Positions 19,974 to 29,822 are shown, counted from the first letter of the stretch. The stretch is 64,000 nucleotides of DNA from an uncultured Nitrososphaerota archaeon (GCA_963838925.1 CAWISW010000001.1:224001-288000), one strand, 5' to 3'. Notes: generated by a model from the letters alone, not told the origin. Program-made: numbers and translations.

Positions 19974-22508
19974 CTACCCGAGCTTCATGCTCGAGAACCG
20001 CTCCCTGAACTCTCTGGTCTCGGACTTCACGCGCTCCAGGTCGTCTCTCACGTCGCCCAGCGCCTTCCCCACTGACGACGCGTCTTCGAGTCGCAGCGCG
20101 ACCTCCATCGCCCTCCTCCTCAGGCGAGGGTCGACGTCCTTCTCCGACGCCTCCTTGACGGCCTCGAGCAGCCTCTTGTCGAGGAGGTCGGACACCGTCT
20201 CCAGGACCGCCCCCCTTACGGTGTACTCCTTGTCCTCCAGCAGGAGGGCCTTCAAGAGGGCCACGTCCTCCTCGTCCAGCCAGCCCAGCCTCGTGTATGC
20301 CTTCAGCGCCCCGACCCTCGCCCTGGTCGGCTGCCCGTAGGGAAGGTGCTCACGCAGGAACCCCCTCGACCTCGGCTCCTTGAGGTAGCCGAGAGCCTCT
20401 AGGCAAGCCTCGCTGATCGCGTCCTCGGGAGAGGGTGCGCCGAACGCCGAGGTGAGCACCGCGAAGGCGTCCTTCTGCCCTGACTTGGCGTACGAAAGCG
20501 CCGCCACGCACTGGACGTACGGGCTTTCATCCCCACGGAGGGCCGCCAAGAGAGGCTCAGCCACCGCGGCGTCCTTGAACTCGCCCAGAGCCACAACGAC
20601 CGCGCGCCTCACCCTTCTGTGCTTGACCTTCGAGAGCCTGAGCAGCGCCTCCAGCGCCTGCTTGTCCCCCACCTTTCCAAGCGTCTTCGCCGCCTCCGAC
20701 CTCACCGAGTAGTGGTCTCCTTCGTTGCCCGCCGCCCTCTCGAGCGCCTCGACGACCCCCGGGTCGTTCTTGAACTGCGCGAGCCCCTCCGCGCCCCTCC
20801 TCCTGCTTGAAGCGTCCCTGCTGCCGCGGAGCTGGCTGAGCAGCATCGAAAGGGGCTTGTCGAACTTGACCTTCTTCAGGAGCCACTCCTCCGGATCGAA
20901 CTCGACTATCAGAGGCTTCGCCGGCAGCTCGAAGTGGTACCTCTCCTCTCGGGAGCGGATCTGTATGCGCCTGGGGAGCCTGCTCATGCCCCCCGGTCCA
21001 GGCACGTAGAACGCAACCTCGCAGGGCAGAGCGAACACCGGAGTGAGGTCGTCCAGCTGCTGCGCCTGCTTCACCGCCACCTCGGCGCTTCCGGCCTCCT
21101 CGTCCCACGAGAAGCTCACCTCGAACTCGGGATGCCCCGCCTTGTAGAAGGCCTGCTCGAAGTACCCCTCTAAGGACAGCCCGCTCACGTCCTCGAAGAC
21201 CCTCATGAAGTCGTGGGTGTCGGCGTTGGCGCGGGCGAACCGCCTGAGATATTCGCCGATGGCCTTGAAGAAGAGCTCGTCGCCGACGACGTACCTCAGC
21301 TGGTGAATCATCCAGGACGCCTTCTCGTAGGCGTATCCGTCGAAGACGTCGTCCGAGTAGACGTAGGTGTCGTCCACTATCGCCCTCCTGTACATCGTGC
21401 CGTCCTCCTCGAAGTAGGCCTCCGCCTTGGAGGTCATGTCGTGCCTGAACTCGTCCTTCCCGTACTTTCTCTCGGTGTAGAGGGCCTGGAAGTAGGTAGC
21501 GAAGCCTTCGTTGAGCCATAGGTGCGACCAGTGCTCGGCCGTCACGAGGTCGCCGAACCACATGTGCGCGAGCTCGTGCGAGACCAGCTCGATGTGGTTC
21601 CTGTCGGGCTTGGAGTACCTCGCCGCGTAGTCTTCCTCCGACCGCTCGTCAGGGAACCTCGTGTCGGTGAGCGTGGTGGCGCTCACGTTCTCCATCCCGC
21701 CGATGATGAAGTCGTGGACCGCGATCTGCGAGTACTTCTCGAATGGATACTTCACGCCGGTGAGCGACTCGAAGACCCTGATCATGTCGGGGGTCAGCCC
21801 GAAGAGCCTACGCGCGTCGGCTCGCTTCGACTCTGGGAAATAGTACTGTAGCGGGACCTTCTCGGCCTCCTCCTCAATCATCCCGAACTTCCCCGCGGCG
21901 AAGGAGTTCAGATAGTTGGAGTGCGGCACGTCCTCCTTCCAGTGGAACGTCACCCATCCCTCGGCGCCGACAGCCTTCGTCTTGGAGACGAGCTTCCCGT
22001 TGGATACGACTATGTTCCCCTCGGGCACTGTAATCAGCGTCTCCGAGGTGGACTTGTCGTTGGGATGGTCGTGGCACGGGTACCAGAACCTGGAGAACTC
22101 GGGCTCGCCCTGGGACCAGGCCTGGACGGGCTTGTCCGGGAACTTCTCGTCGGGCGAGATGAAATAGACGCCCATTCTCGGCGAGGCGGAGTACTCGACC
22201 TTCAACTCGTGAGGGGAAGGGGCGAGGTGCTCGGGCAATAGGGCGGTGAGGACGAGGCCGTCGTGCTCGAACTTGACCTTGTCGCCGTCGAGGGTGACGC
22301 TCTCGATCAACATCTCGCACGCGTCGAGGTGGAGCGCTCTGATCCCCGGCCTCAGCGGGACCAGCCTCGTGCTGCACGACCCGCTTATCCGCTTCTTCTC
22401 GAGGTCGACCTTGAGCTCTATTCTGAGGTGCTCAGCGTGAAACTCCTTGTTTGGAGGGAGGTGCCGGTACGAGCCGGGGATGTGAAAAGACGTCTTGGGG
22501 CTTGCCAC
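19974..22508 (-). CDS. M1 family aminopeptidase with C-terminal HEAT repeats
   Basis: GGMEN, HELAHxW...NEGFA; HEAT-like repeats in the C-terminal third. Confidence 0.93.
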   Translation of the reverse strand: MASPKTSFHIPGSYRHLPPNKEFHAEHLRIELKVDLEKKRISGSCSTRLVPLRPGIRALHLDACEMLIESVTLDGDKVKFEHDGLVLTALLPEHLAPSPHELKVEYSASPRMGVYFISPDEKFPDKPVQAWSQGEPEFSRFWYPCHDHPNDKSTSETLITVPEGNIVVSNGKLVSKTKAVGAEGWVTFHWKEDVPHSNYLNSFAAGKFGMIEEEAEKVPLQYYFPESKRADARRLFGLTPDMIRVFESLTGVKYPFEKYSQIAVHDFIIGGMENVSATTLTDTRFPDERSEEDYAARYSKPDRNHIELVSHELAHMWFGDLVTAEHWSHLWLNEGFATYFQALYTERKYGKDEFRHDMTSKAEAYFEEDGTMYRRAIVDDTYVYSDDVFDGYAYEKASWMIHQLRYVVGDELFFKAIGEYLRRFARANADTHDFMRVFEDVSGLSLEGYFEQAFYKAGHPEFEVSFSWDEEAGSAEVAVKQAQQLDDLTPVFALPCEVAFYVPGPGGMSRLPRRIQIRSREERYHFELPAKPLIVEFDPEEWLLKKVKFDKPLSMLLSQLRGSRDASSRRRGAEGLAQFKNDPGVVEALERAAGNEGDHYSVRSEAAKTLGKVGDKQALEALLRLSKVKHRRVRRAVVVALGEFKDAAVAEPLLAALRGDESPYVQCVAALSYAKSGQKDAFAVLTSAFGAPSPEDAISEACLEALGYLKEPRSRGFLREHLPYGQPTRARVGALKAYTRLGWLDEEDVALLKALLLEDKEYTVRGAVLETVSDLLDKRLLEAVKEASEKDVDPRLRRRAMEVALRLEDASSVGKALGDVRDDLERVKSETREFRERFSSMKLG

Positions 22509-22638
22509 AGATGTCAGGTGCCCTTCTGAGCCATTGAAAAAGGATTTTTCAGCGTCGTTTTCAGACGCCGGAGCATTCCGGTTGCGCCTAGGGCGCTCTC
22601 CTCCTTTATATCCGGCCGAGCAGGCCGCAGAACCGGAA

Positions 22639-23883
22639 ATGGTCGCCCGCCCCCGCGCCTCCTTGGTTGTCCACTACGCGGAGATAGGGACCAAGGGGAA
22701 CAACAGGGGGTTCTTCGAGAGCCACCTGGAGAGGAACCTCGTGGAGAAGCTCGAGCCTCTGGGGCGGTTCAAGGTGGAGAGGCACGACCAGCGCCTTCTG
22801 GTCTCGAACCGCGACGACCCGGAGTCTCTGGGCGGGGCAATGGCTGTCCTGAAGGAGGTGTTCGGCGTGGCGTGGATAGCCAGGGTGGTGGAGTGCCCGC
22901 TCGACTACGCAAGCGTCAAGAGCGCCGCCGTCAACGAGCTGAACAAGCTGAAGGAGGCGTCCAACGCGTCCACCTTCCGGGTCACGGCCAAGCGCTCCAA
23001 CAAGAGCTACGAGCTCTCCTCGCAGCAGATGGCGGTGAAGCTTGGAGACGACCTCAAGAACGCCACAGGCCTCGAAGTCGACCTCTCCAGCCCGCAGGGA
23101 ACCATCTTCGTCGACATACTCTCAGACCGCATCCTGCTGCACACTTCCAAGGAGAGGGGTCCGGGAGGGCTTCCCGTCGGAGTGACGGGGAAGGTCGTCC
23201 ACCTCCTGTCTGGAGGGATAGACTCCCCGGTGGCGGCTTGGCTGATGATGAAGCGCGGCTGCGACCTGACCTACGTGCACTTCTTCGTGGCGCCCAACGC
23301 CGAGCAAATTCTAGAGACGAAGATGGCGAGCCTTCTGAAGACGCTCTCGAGGTTCGGCATAGGCGGAGGCCGGCTGATACTCGTCCCCTTCACCGACTAC
23401 CAGGTCGCGACGCGCGACCTGCGCCCCGAGTATGAGCCGGTCGTCTTTCGGCACTTCATGAGGATCGTAGCCGAGAAGGTCGCCCAGCGTGTAGGCGCCA
23501 TCGCCACCTCGACGGGCGACAACCTCGGGCAGGTCGCGTCGCAGACGCTCTACAACCTTGCGTGCATCGACGCGGGGTCCTCGATGCCCACCCTGAGGCC
23601 CGTGGTAGGGTACGACAAGTCGGAGATCGTGAAGCTTGCGGAAGAGATAGGCACCTACGAGGAGTCGATCGCCGACTACAAGGACTGCTGCTCGATAGTG
23701 AGCAGGCATCCGCGGACCAGGATGAACGTGGAAGCCGTCCTAGAAGCGTCGCTCCGCTATGACTTTCCAGCTTTGGCCGAAAGGACCCTGTCGCAGGCCG
23801 CGGCGATGAAGTTCGACCCCCACTCGCAGGCCCTCGTCGTCGAGCCTCTGGAGGCCGCACCTCGGGTCAAGGGCAGGGTCTGA
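22639..23883 (+). CDS. thiI: tRNA 4-thiouridine synthase (THUMP + PP-loop)
   Basis: EIGTKG, GGLPVG, LSGGIDSPVA, GQVASQT, DCC. Confidence 0.92.
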   Translation: MVARPRASLVVHYAEIGTKGNNRGFFESHLERNLVEKLEPLGRFKVERHDQRLLVSNRDDPESLGGAMAVLKEVFGVAWIARVVECPLDYASVKSAAVNELNKLKEASNASTFRVTAKRSNKSYELSSQQMAVKLGDDLKNATGLEVDLSSPQGTIFVDILSDRILLHTSKERGPGGLPVGVTGKVVHLLSGGIDSPVAAWLMMKRGCDLTYVHFFVAPNAEQILETKMASLLKTLSRFGIGGGRLILVPFTDYQVATRDLRPEYEPVVFRHFMRIVAEKVAQRVGAIATSTGDNLGQVASQTLYNLACIDAGSSMPTLRPVVGYDKSEIVKLAEEIGTYEESIADYKDCCSIVSRHPRTRMNVEAVLEASLRYDFPALAERTLSQAAAMKFDPHSQALVVEPLEAAPRVKGRV

Positions 23884-23962
23884 GGTCTTTCCAAATGGTT
23901 AAGAGACGAACGCAGGCGTTCGAGCGTGTTGCCGAGGCGCTTCTAGCTCGGGGGCGAGGCCC

Positions 23963-24838
23963 ATGAACCCGAAGGACATCAAGGCGGTGATCCCGGTGGC
24001 GGGCCTCGGGACGAGGCTCCTCACCGCGACGAAGGTGCAGCCGAAGGAGATGCTCCCGGTCTTCTCGAAGGAGGGTGGCGAGCTCTGCATAAAGCCGCTC
24101 GTTCAGCTGGTCTTCGAGCAGCTCTTCGACTTTGGGATCAGGGAGTTCTGCTTCGTGGTGGGCCGGGGGAAGAGGGCGATAGAGGACCACTTCACCCCCG
24201 ACGGCGACTATCTGAAGCGGCTTAGCGCGAAGGGCAGCTCGGCGGCATCCCCGAAGGCCGCAATGGCGTCCGCCCTGGAGAGGTTCTACCGCCGCGTCGA
24301 TGAGGCGAGCATAATGTGGGTCAACCAGCCCGTCCCGCTGGGGTTCGGCCACGCCGTCCTCCAGGCAAAGGTCTTCGCGGGTGACGACCCATTCCTGGTC
24401 CACGCGGGGGACGCGTACGTGTATTGCAAAGACTTTGGGCACCTGCGGCGACTCGTCTCGTCGTTCGACTCGGGCGTCGAGTGCTCCCTCGCGCTGAGGA
24501 GAGTCCCCGACCCCAGGCAGTACGGAGTCGCGACGGGCAAGAGCTCGAGGGGGCTCGTCGCCATCGACGAGATAATCGAAAAGCCGAAGGTTCCGAAGTC
24601 CAACCTCGCCGTCACGCCTGTCTACTTGTTCAGGCGCTCGATCTTCGACGCGATCGAGGAGGCCGGCCCCGGAATCGGAGGGGAGCTTCAGCTGACGGAC
24701 GGGATCCAGGGGCTCCTCAAGGACGGCAAGAGGGTGGTGGGAGTCGAGCTCAGGCCCGACGAGTCCTGGATAGACATAGGCACGCCCTCCACGTATTGGG
24801 AGGCCTTGGGCATTTCATACAGGAACTCAGGGCCTTGA
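23963..24838 (+). CDS. galU: UTP-glucose-1-phosphate uridylyltransferase-like nucleotidyltransferase
   Basis: PVAGLGTRLL..TK..PKEMLP, LGFGHA, IEKP, ELQLTD. Confidence 0.85.
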   Translation: MNPKDIKAVIPVAGLGTRLLTATKVQPKEMLPVFSKEGGELCIKPLVQLVFEQLFDFGIREFCFVVGRGKRAIEDHFTPDGDYLKRLSAKGSSAASPKAAMASALERFYRRVDEASIMWVNQPVPLGFGHAVLQAKVFAGDDPFLVHAGDAYVYCKDFGHLRRLVSSFDSGVECSLALRRVPDPRQYGVATGKSSRGLVAIDEIIEKPKVPKSNLAVTPVYLFRRSIFDAIEEAGPGIGGELQLTDGIQGLLKDGKRVVGVELRPDESWIDIGTPSTYWEALGISYRNSGP

Positions 24839-24845
24839 GACAGGC

Positions 24846-25382
24846 CTATCCCTGGAGTCTCTTGTAGAATCCGGGCTTCGACTCGAACACGACTCCCTCC
24901 CTCACCAGTCGGAGGATCGCGCCAGCGGCGACCTGCTGGTCGAGCTTGCTCGTCTTGACGATCGCCTGGACCCACAGCGAGCGTTCGACCAATCCATCGT
25001 CCTTGGAAAGGATGTTGAAGCACTCGACGGCCGCCTTCCTCGAGGCTGTGTCCTTCGACGACCTCCCCGTCAGGATGCCGAACTCCGACCGGGTCTTCTT
25101 CGCCTGCGCCTCCGCGGCGCTCTTGAGGTCCTTCTCGAACCGGTCGAAGAACGGCGAGACCGCGCTCTCAGCGTATCCCTTCGCGGCCGCGGGCAGCAGC
25201 AGGTACCGGTTCATCGCCTCGCGCTTCACGCGGTCGTAGACGTCGGCCATGCACTTGTCGACGTCGGCGTATGGATTCGCGCCAAGCGCGCCCTCCAGCA
25301 GCGAGCGGTAGTTCGACTTGACCCAGTCCCTCAGCGAGAGTATTCGTCGTTCCGGGCTCTCTTCCCTCTCGCCTCTTTCCAT
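24846..25382 (-). CDS. Hypothetical protein with C-terminal winged helix resembling the MCM C-terminus
   Basis: Ends with LVREGVVFESKPGFYKRL. Confidence 0.6.
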   Translation of the reverse strand: MERGEREESPERRILSLRDWVKSNYRSLLEGALGANPYADVDKCMADVYDRVKREAMNRYLLLPAAAKGYAESAVSPFFDRFEKDLKSAAEAQAKKTRSEFGILTGRSSKDTASRKAAVECFNILSKDDGLVERSLWVQAIVKTSKLDQQVAAGAILRLVREGVVFESKPGFYKRLQG

Positions 25383-25470
25383 CGGGTTCGGACCGACGAG
25401 CTGGAGCCGCGTATTTATTCGATTCAGACGGGCGGCGTTCGAGGCGACGGTGTCGACGACCGAGAAGCCG

Positions 25471-25605
25471 ATGCAGCAGACGGCCGAGGCCCAAGTCCAA
25501 CTTCAGACGGACGAGCTCATGACCAGCACAGCGTCGCTCTTCGTGGCTCTCGCAGGCGGGCTCGTAACACTGCTTCTAGTCACCCTCTTCGTCGTACTTC
25601 ACTGA
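25471..25605 (+). CDS. Small single-TM protein
   Basis: ATG start, hydrophobic C-terminus. Confidence 0.4.
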   Translation: MQQTAEAQVQLQTDELMTSTASLFVALAGGLVTLLLVTLFVVLH

Positions 25606-25695
25606 CGAAGCCTGCCGGGGGACGCGGACGTTCGTCTCACGCGCGCCCCTACGAGCGAGAACCCTTAACTCGAGCGACGACGACGAACGGATCGT

Positions 25696-26241
25696 TTGGT
25701 TGCGAGGACGTCTGGAAATCCTTTGACCGGAGAGAGAACGCCCCCCCTTTCGATAAGACCAGCTAGGGCCAACGACGTCTCTAAGCTCTCCTCGTTCTTC
25801 GCGGAGGCCTGGAAGGAAGCGGGACCTGGCGCCCTCGGGTTCGCCGGGGCAACCGACGAAGCGATCAAGGAGATCGCCTCCGAGGAGTTCCTGAAGAGGA
25901 GACTCGCCACCCCGACCATCCAGATGACGGTCGCGGAGGAAGGACGGAGGATCATCGGATTCTCGAGCGTTCGCAGGCTCGAAGGGAGGGAGGCCGAGCT
26001 CTCCGCAATAGTGGTGCTCGAGAGCGCGACAGGCAGGGGGGTGGGGTCTAGGCTGCTTCGCAAAGCTCTGGATGGCGCTAGGAAGCGCGGGTACCTCTCC
26101 GTCCTTGTAAAGACGGAGGTGGCCAACGAAAGGGCCATCAGCTTCTATAGAAAGTCAGGGTTCACGGAATCGGGCAAGGCCGTGGAGAGGGTCGGGGGCA
26201 CCAGGGTGGCGCTCCGTTACATGGCAAAGAGGCTGCGCTGA
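25696..26241 (+). CDS. GNAT acetyltransferase
   Basis: GRGVGSRLL acetyl-CoA motif, N.RAI.FY...GF. Confidence 0.88.
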   Translation: MVARTSGNPLTGERTPPLSIRPARANDVSKLSSFFAEAWKEAGPGALGFAGATDEAIKEIASEEFLKRRLATPTIQMTVAEEGRRIIGFSSVRRLEGREAELSAIVVLESATGRGVGSRLLRKALDGARKRGYLSVLVKTEVANERAISFYRKSGFTESGKAVERVGGTRVALRYMAKRLR

Positions 26242-26352
26242 GGTGGACGAACAGGGCGGCAGGCCGATGGCCGCCTCAAGCTAACGTGGCCTGAATGGCG
26301 TCTCTAGCCCAGCGGAATAGACGCGTAGCGTCGGACGATGCCCGAACCCAAT

Positions 26353-26646
26353 CTACGAGTCCATTTCGGATTTGAATCTCGAGAACGACGGAATGATCGT
26401 GCTCGTCCGAAGCACGTGAGGCAGCTGAGTGATCTTGTCCAACACGACTTCGAGAACTCGCTCGTCTGTCGGAGACACGATGTCTCGGTTTGCTTCGATG
26501 ACCGTCAGCAGGTCCCATTCCCCCGTGATGATGTGGACTTCCCTCACCTCATCGAGCTTGAAGAGCTTGTCCTCGACTTCTCGAGTGCGCCCGGATTCAG
26601 CTTGCAGCAGGACGAATGCCTTCTGGACTTTCAAGAGCGGCCCCAA
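26353..26646 (-). CDS. Stand-alone Lrp/AsnC ligand-binding domain protein
   Basis: AFVLL, EVHIITGEWDL, RTST pattern. Confidence 0.8.
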   Translation of the reverse strand: MGPLLKVQKAFVLLQAESGRTREVEDKLFKLDEVREVHIITGEWDLLTVIEANRDIVSPTDERVLEVVLDKITQLPHVLRTSTIIPSFSRFKSEMDS

Positions 26647-26693
26647 AAACCAAAGCGCGCCATTTAAGCGTGGTCTCCCCGGGCTCGTTCATC

Positions 26694-27890
26694 CTACTCA
26701 GAATGGTCTTCGACCTCGGGGCGATTTGAGGTCTGACTCCTCTTGAACCAGGCAACGGGCTTTCCGCCCTCCACGCTGACGCGCGAAAACTTGTACCCTG
26801 CGCCCTCGATCTGCTTCGTCATGTCGCCACCAATCTCGCCATTCGCTGTCTCTACGCCGAGGATGTCATCGACCATGACGCCGATTGTGTACGCAGGCTC
26901 AACCCTCCACCTGAAAGGCCTCAGGAGTCTGGAGATTCGGACCGCCTCCCTCATGTTCTTGGGCCCTCCTTCAATGTAAAAGGACCTCGAGACGAGGAGG
27001 TAGTCGTCCTCCTCGACCTTGGTGGGACGCGAACCTTGGTTCGAGCGCATCGTGGCCACCCCCTTCCCCGCAGACCCGCCGGGTGTCGAGACCTCCCTTG
27101 ACTCTGGAGAGGGGCTCTTGGAATCTTCCGGCTCGGGGAATAGTCTCGCGGCAGCCGCGACCGCGTTCGCTTGCGCTGAAGCCCGTGAGGAAACGCCTAG
27201 CTGGGCGAGTGAATCGGAGGGATCGGGGGGGAGAAGGAGAACGTGGGGTTCAGCTTGAGGAGCACCCTCGTTGACCGCCAGGGCAGACTGCTCTCCTCCA
27301 GTCGGATCCAACTGGATCTCTTCAACATCCCCGGAGGTCGAGCGGGCGTCGCTCGGCAAGGGCTCCTCGGTGGCCGGGTTGGGCGCGGTGGGACTCGGGC
27401 CAACAGGCGAGGAAGGACCGAAACTCATCGCCATCGTCGCGCCTTCCGAGAAGCTGATCGCCTTCGGTTCCCAGACATAAACCGTGTCGCTGGAGCCTGA
27501 GTCCAAGAACTTGCCTTTCTCAAGAGTCTCTTTGACCTGGTCGCGTTGGCTTGGAGAGACCACCTGGACGAAGGCGCTCTTCAGGTCGTCTTTGACTCCG
27601 GTAATCGTGAAGACGGGAGTTGTGTACGAGGGGAGCATCACAAGCTCGACCAGGACCTTCAGTAGCCTCACCTTTCCGCCATCTTCGCCATGCTCCCTAA
27701 CGTTAGACTGCCAGGTTCTTGGCCCCGCCTCCGGGGCGTCCATGCTCCCCTCAATCACCTCATGGTCGAGGTGCTCCAGCCTGAACCTCTTGATGCTCAT
27801 GCTCGAGTAGAACGATTCCGACACGTCGCAAGTCTTGCACGCTATGCCGGTCTTTTGCAGCCTAGAGTTTTTGCCCTGGCGATCCAACAA
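26694..27890 (-). CDS. Hypothetical protein (N-terminal CxxC..H..H, central Pro/Ser-rich linker)
   Basis: 398-aa ORF, CKTC...HLDH. Confidence 0.6.
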   Translation of the reverse strand: MLDRQGKNSRLQKTGIACKTCDVSESFYSSMSIKRFRLEHLDHEVIEGSMDAPEAGPRTWQSNVREHGEDGGKVRLLKVLVELVMLPSYTTPVFTITGVKDDLKSAFVQVVSPSQRDQVKETLEKGKFLDSGSSDTVYVWEPKAISFSEGATMAMSFGPSSPVGPSPTAPNPATEEPLPSDARSTSGDVEEIQLDPTGGEQSALAVNEGAPQAEPHVLLLPPDPSDSLAQLGVSSRASAQANAVAAAARLFPEPEDSKSPSPESREVSTPGGSAGKGVATMRSNQGSRPTKVEEDDYLLVSRSFYIEGGPKNMREAVRISRLLRPFRWRVEPAYTIGVMVDDILGVETANGEIGGDMTKQIEGAGYKFSRVSVEGGKPVAWFKRSQTSNRPEVEDHSE

Positions 27891-28160
27891 GTCTCTGACT
27901 CTCTAGTGGTGCGTCCCCGAAAGCGACGTGACGATTGAGCAGTCCGAAAGCTCGATTGCTTTGAGCGCGCCTGCCCTGCCATTCGCGTTCCCGGTGGCAT
28001 GATTGGGAGACCTCGTGCAGGTCTGGTCCCTATGTGCGAGGTAGGTCATCTTCGACCCCGTAGATGCGATTGAATTCCCGACATATCAGTCGATTGACGC
28101 ACGAATACAGATTGCAGGTCCATCTCTGAAACGCTTCACGCCAAGACCAAAGGTGGAAGG

Positions 28161-28199
28161 TAGCCCGTCCAGGGTCCGCACATGATTAGGTGCGAATCC
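28161..28199. repeat. att-like repeat R1
   Basis: TAGCCCGTCCAGG + gtccgcacatgattaggtgcgaatcc (hairpin). Confidence 0.85.
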
Positions 28200-28240
28200 G
28201 CAGCCTGCTGCTGCCGTTGTCCGTGATACGAGGTAGCGAG

Positions 28241-28402
28241 CTAGGTCTCAAGTTCTCTCCTCAGTCTTATGATTAGGTCCAGGGCTTCGGACTCCTCCAG
28301 GAATGTCTCCGGACTGCGCTTCCACGCTATCGTGACGCTTCGTATCAGTTGCGTTTCGAGGTCCGCGAGCGTCGCGACGAGCGCTGCCCTCTGTTCAGCC
28401 AA
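28241..28402 (-). CDS. Microprotein (53 aa), cassette 1
   Basis: Hand translation MAEQRAALVATLADLETQLIRSVTIAWKRSPETFLEESEALDLIIRLRRELET; below the ORF-track cutoff. Confidence 0.45.
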   Translation of the reverse strand: MAEQRAALVATLADLETQLIRSVTIAWKRSPETFLEESEALDLIIRLRRELET

Positions 28403-28515
28403 CCATCAATCACCCTGTCCGCCCAGGCCTGGAATCTCTCCGGATCTTTCCGCAGCTCCTCCATGTACTCGATTGCCTCTCTCAGTTCCCTGGCATCTTG
28501 CTGCTGCGAACTCAT
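28345..28515 (-). CDS. Microprotein (56 aa), cassette 1
   Basis: Hand translation MSSQQQDARELREAIEYMEELRKDPERFQAWADRVIDGWLNRG...; AT-rich box about 30 nt upstream. Confidence 0.45.
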   Translation of the reverse strand: MSSQQQDARELREAIEYMEELRKDPERFQAWADRVIDGWLNRGQRSSRRSRTSKRN

Positions 28516-28591
28516 GCAAGCCCCATAACACGAGGGTCCTATTTATTCACCTACCGGAAAAGGAACGTTCGCTGACGGGTAAACACAGCCG

Positions 28592-28637
28592 AAATGAGGA
28601 GATAGCCCGTCCAGGGTCCCCCTGTTTTGGGGGCGAC
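28592..28637. repeat. att-like repeat R2
   Basis: aaatgaggagaTAGCCCGTCCAGGgtccccctgttttgggggcgac. Confidence 0.85.
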
Positions 28638-28712
28638 TAGGACATCGTCCTTCCGAGATGGATCTTCCACGAACGTGCTTTAATATCTGGCCGTGAATGA
28701 TAACTGGTCTGC

Positions 28713-28973
28713 ATGGCTGCCAGGATGAGGGATGCCGTTAGCTCCGTCGAGAGGATACTACTTCCTCGTCTAAACAGCATTGACGGAGAGCTAAAATCAA
28801 TAAACACAAGGATAGACTCTGTTTACACAAGAATCGACGAAATGGACAAGCGGAACGACATCAGGTTTGAGGCAATCAGGAACGAAATACGAGCTGTTTC
28901 TGAAAAGGTCGAATTCGTCAAGGACGTGGAGCGGCTGAAGGTCGAAGTAGCTGAATTGAAGAAGCGACGATAA
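28713..28973 (+). CDS. Small coiled-coil protein, cassette 2
   Basis: Heptad RID repeats; tttaata TATA box upstream. Confidence 0.7.
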   Translation: MAARMRDAVSSVERILLPRLNSIDGELKSINTRIDSVYTRIDEMDKRNDIRFEAIRNEIRAVSEKVEFVKDVERLKVEVAELKKRR

Positions 28974-29112
28974 GCCGTCTCAACTCAACAATGAAGCGAA
29001 GCCCGAACGCAATGCATCCATCTCTCTATTGTACGTTGCCTAAAGCCATCAATTTTCAGCCTAGATTATCGATTCTAGAGCTATCGCTAGTCCACAATGG
29101 ATAACGGAGTCC

Positions 29113-29156
29113 AAAGTGAGGAGATAGCCCGTCCAGGGGCTGCACCCGTTTAGGGG
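29113..29156. repeat. att-like repeat R3
   Basis: aaagtgaggagaTAGCCCGTCCAGGggctgcacccgtttagggg; 22 bp identical to R2. Confidence 0.85.
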
Positions 29157-29182
29157 CTTTTAGGCGGGAATTTGGCGCTCCT

Positions 29183-29596
29183 TCAGGCCAGTTTGACTGG
29201 GTCGATGGATTCGAGCCAGTCGACCTTCTTCAGCGCTTCGTCATGAGTCATTATCCTCTTCTCGCCAGCGCCGTCCATCATGGCCAAGAGCGTAGCGTCC
29301 CTGCCCCCAATGCCCAAGTGCGAGTACTTCTTCAGCATCTCTATTGCGCCGAGAGCGTGCCGGTAATCAAAGTCCGTTATGACCAGCGGGAATCGAAGGA
29401 ACTCGTCCAACTTCTCTCCGCCTATCGGAGCTCCAAGGCTCTTGACGAGAAAGTGGGCTAATTCCATCACGATTATTGTGTTTATCGCTATCTGCTCTGA
29501 CTTGAGGGCCTTCTCCACGGGTCCGACGACCGATTGATGCTCCGAACAGTCACTGTCCAAGTAGTAGGCCCAGATGTTCGTGTCAATGGTGAGCAT
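29183..29596 (-). CDS. vapC: PIN-domain toxin (VapC family), cassette 3
   Basis: IDTN, E, RDA and THD acidic PIN motifs. Confidence 0.88.
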   Translation of the reverse strand: MLTIDTNIWAYYLDSDCSEHQSVVGPVEKALKSEQIAINTIIVMELAHFLVKSLGAPIGGEKLDEFLRFPLVITDFDYRHALGAIEMLKKYSHLGIGGRDATLLAMMDGAGEKRIMTHDEALKKVDWLESIDPVKLA

Positions 29597-29822
29597 GGCC
29601 GACACCCCAGATGTTCTTGAGGTCAACGGGCTTGATCTTCGAGCCGTGCACGCAGCCTCTCAGCTCTGAAATGAATTCGTCCGCACTTACCTCCGGCGAA
29701 AGCAGCAGATCCTTCCCCTTCTTGGATATCCTGAGTTTCTGTTCCGGTCTTAGTTTGAGTTCTGACCTTATCTCGTTCGGAATCACTATCCTCCCTCGCT
29801 CGTCTATGACTGCCTCGCCCAT
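29583..29822 (-). CDS. vapB: AbrB/MazE-type antitoxin, cassette 3
   Basis: IDERGRIVIP.EIR motif; overlaps the toxin start. Confidence 0.88.
   Translation of the reverse strand: MGEAVIDERGRIVIPNEIRSELKLRPEQKLRISKKGKDLLLSPEVSADEFISELRGCVHGSKIKPVDLKNIWGVGHAHH

Noticed and set aside
28268-28290. Extra att-like site atgattaggtccaggg, and tagccc at about 26305
   Set aside because: Only partial matches, lacking the full core; the first lies inside a micro-ORF and may be chance.
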